Shown one piece after another: positions 62,151 through 64,000 of a stretch of 64,000 bases of DNA. Position numbers and translations under genes: made by a program. The notes beneath the pieces were generated by a model that was given only the letters and a program-made list of their open reading frames with translations, was not told where the DNA came from and searched no databases. Each line of letters opens with the position of its first letter. The first letter of the stretch is position 1. The DNA is taken from NCBI GenBank assembly GCA_036172245.1, contig JAYWIR010000004.1:6448001-6512000 (forward strand), read 5' to 3'. This DNA is from Raillietiella orientalis (Eukaryota).

Positions 62151-64000
62151 GCTACTCTCGCCTACTCCCCCCCACATGACGTTCACTCCCTGAGGGGGAA
62201 GCTCGGATAGCGTCGGGACCGATTTGCTCCGCTTCCTCCTGCCTTCCCGTCCGGTTCCCTCCACCTCCTCCACCGGAGAGAAGGAAATCCGTCCGCCAGG
62301 CGAGCGACGGCTGGCAGCTTCCCCCTCCCCTCCTCCCCTAGAATCAGGGAGACCCCCCCGCACACCCTGAGCGAAACCGCGGCGGAACTGCCCTTCGGAG
62401 GTCATCTTCGCTAGAGAGCGCGGCAGAGAGGCCGTGCTAAGGGTGATCTTCGAAAGGAGTGCTCCGTCATCACCGCTGGCGAAGTGGCTGCGGGCGTCCC
62501 TGGAAACCCGCGGACTTGCCGAGTCACACTTTGGAGCCTAAAGTGGTGGTGGGGATCCCTCTGTCACGAGGGAGACCGCCACACGCCCGTCTCGGGGGCG
62601 GGCCGAGCGTGGACCGCGGGTTTCGCCCGCGGCCAGCGCCGCCGATGCCTCAACCATCCCAGGGATTTCCCCTTCTTTTTGTCTTCCACGCCGCAAGGAT
62701 GACCTCCGATTCCACCAGTCCAGCTGCTGGACGAGGCGGCAGGTTGGCTCTAGAAAGGATCACAGTCACTCCTGGTCCACCTCAGCTTCGAAATTTCCCG
62801 AGATCTGTAGGAGGATGAAAAAGGGGGACACTTCCAGTCGCGGTCATTTCCCCCTGTCCTTGCTTGCAGTGACTCCCGCGCCCATGCTGGCTTCCTCTGC
62901 AGCCCGACCACCGGAGGACCTCCCCATTCTCTGGAAAGCAGCCTGGCGTGAGGATGGCGGTGCAGACTGTCGCCGTGACAGCGCCCTCCGCTCAAGCCCT
63001 GAGTGCGTCCCTTCCTGAGCTGGCAGCAATCCCTGAAGAGCCAAGAAAGGAAAAAGTGCCGGGCGCTCCTCGCTTTCCCAGACCGCCGGTTGCTTCCAGT
63101 TTCGGAGCAACCAGGAATGGAAGGCGGGAAGCTAGGTGCACGAGGCGCGCGGGCTGGATCCGTCCCTCTCTCCTTTCGGACAAGAGACCTCCGGACCGGA
63201 CTCCCCGGGCGAAGGGGCGTTTCCCGGCCGCCGGCGGGGAGCGCGCGCGTCGATCCTACCAGGAGGTCAGGGAGTCGGGGTAAAGGTCCGTCTGGTCGGG
63301 GGCCACCGTGCGGACAGGAGTGAGGGAAAGGGGGCCTTGGACTGAAGTGACCCTACTCGGATGGTTTGTCCCAAGGACACCTGCCGTCCCGTCTCGGTAC
63401 GGACGCCAATCGCCCCCGGCTGTTTCTGGGCCAGCCCGGCTCCGAGGGAGCGATTCCGGTGAGAAGGACTATCCGAGATCTCCAGAGGCAACTCGCTGCT
63501 CTCCGAGAACGGAGACATTTCGGGACCAAGGGCAGGCTCAGGACACGAGATGGGACTCCCTGAGGAGAAGCTGGGCTACCCTGGGGCTACGTTGCCAATT
63601 CCCCCCTTCCCCACCCGGAGTGTGCCGGCGCTCGCCAGTCGACCTTTTCGGTGCTTGGCAAGGGGGAGGAGCTGCGGGAGCTAATAGGGACTCTGCCCTT
63701 CCCTCCCCAGACCCTTGCACGCCCCTCTCGAAGTCACCATCGAGCAGCAGAACGTGCCCCCTCCGGAGGAGTGGAAGGGCGCCCTTTCTTCGTCGCAACC
63801 GAGAGGGTCCCTGGAAGGTCCCTTGGAAGAGAGGCGGCTCCTGGAAGTGGGGCGCACCCCCTTCCTTCCAGGAAAGCAAAGTTGGCGAGGAAAGAGTAGG
63901 GAGAGTATGATTTCCTGGAGGAAGATCGACGGTGGGGCGTCTTCTCGAGGAACAGGCTATCACTGGAGTGGAAGGTCTCCCCTCCCTTATGCCTGGGTAG

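Noticed and set aside
1..64000. CRISPR arrays, tRNA/rRNA genes, prokaryotic operons
   Set aside because: None seen; the sequence is eukaryotic and has no regular repeat-spacer array or cloverleaf.

Overview
Eukaryotic, probably arthropod genomic DNA (inferred from the four-jointed protein and the Inr- and Kozak-like signals). It contains one intact gene, an intronless four-jointed Golgi kinase (48433-49839, +). That gene lies in a ~10 kb zone with no recognisable transposon remnants, downstream of a very GC/CpG-rich block. Most of the rest is decayed copies of what looks like one composite retroelement family. The recurring unit is an L1/Tx1-type ORF2 (RT with YADD and a C-terminal CCHC finger), then a conserved ~175-200 nt structured spacer, then, with no poly(A) tail, a third ORF starting at AATAA|AYG. 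That ORF encodes a ~95-aa leader plus BTB-BACK(-Kelch), a Cullin-3 adaptor architecture. I count about 20-25 degenerate BTB remnants, 7-8 ORF2 C-termini, one RT core and no convincing ORF1 or endonuclease, the gradient expected from 5'-truncated LINE copies with a 3' cargo gene. All pseudogene calls come from motif reading by eye across frameshifts, have approximate boundaries and need HMM confirmation.
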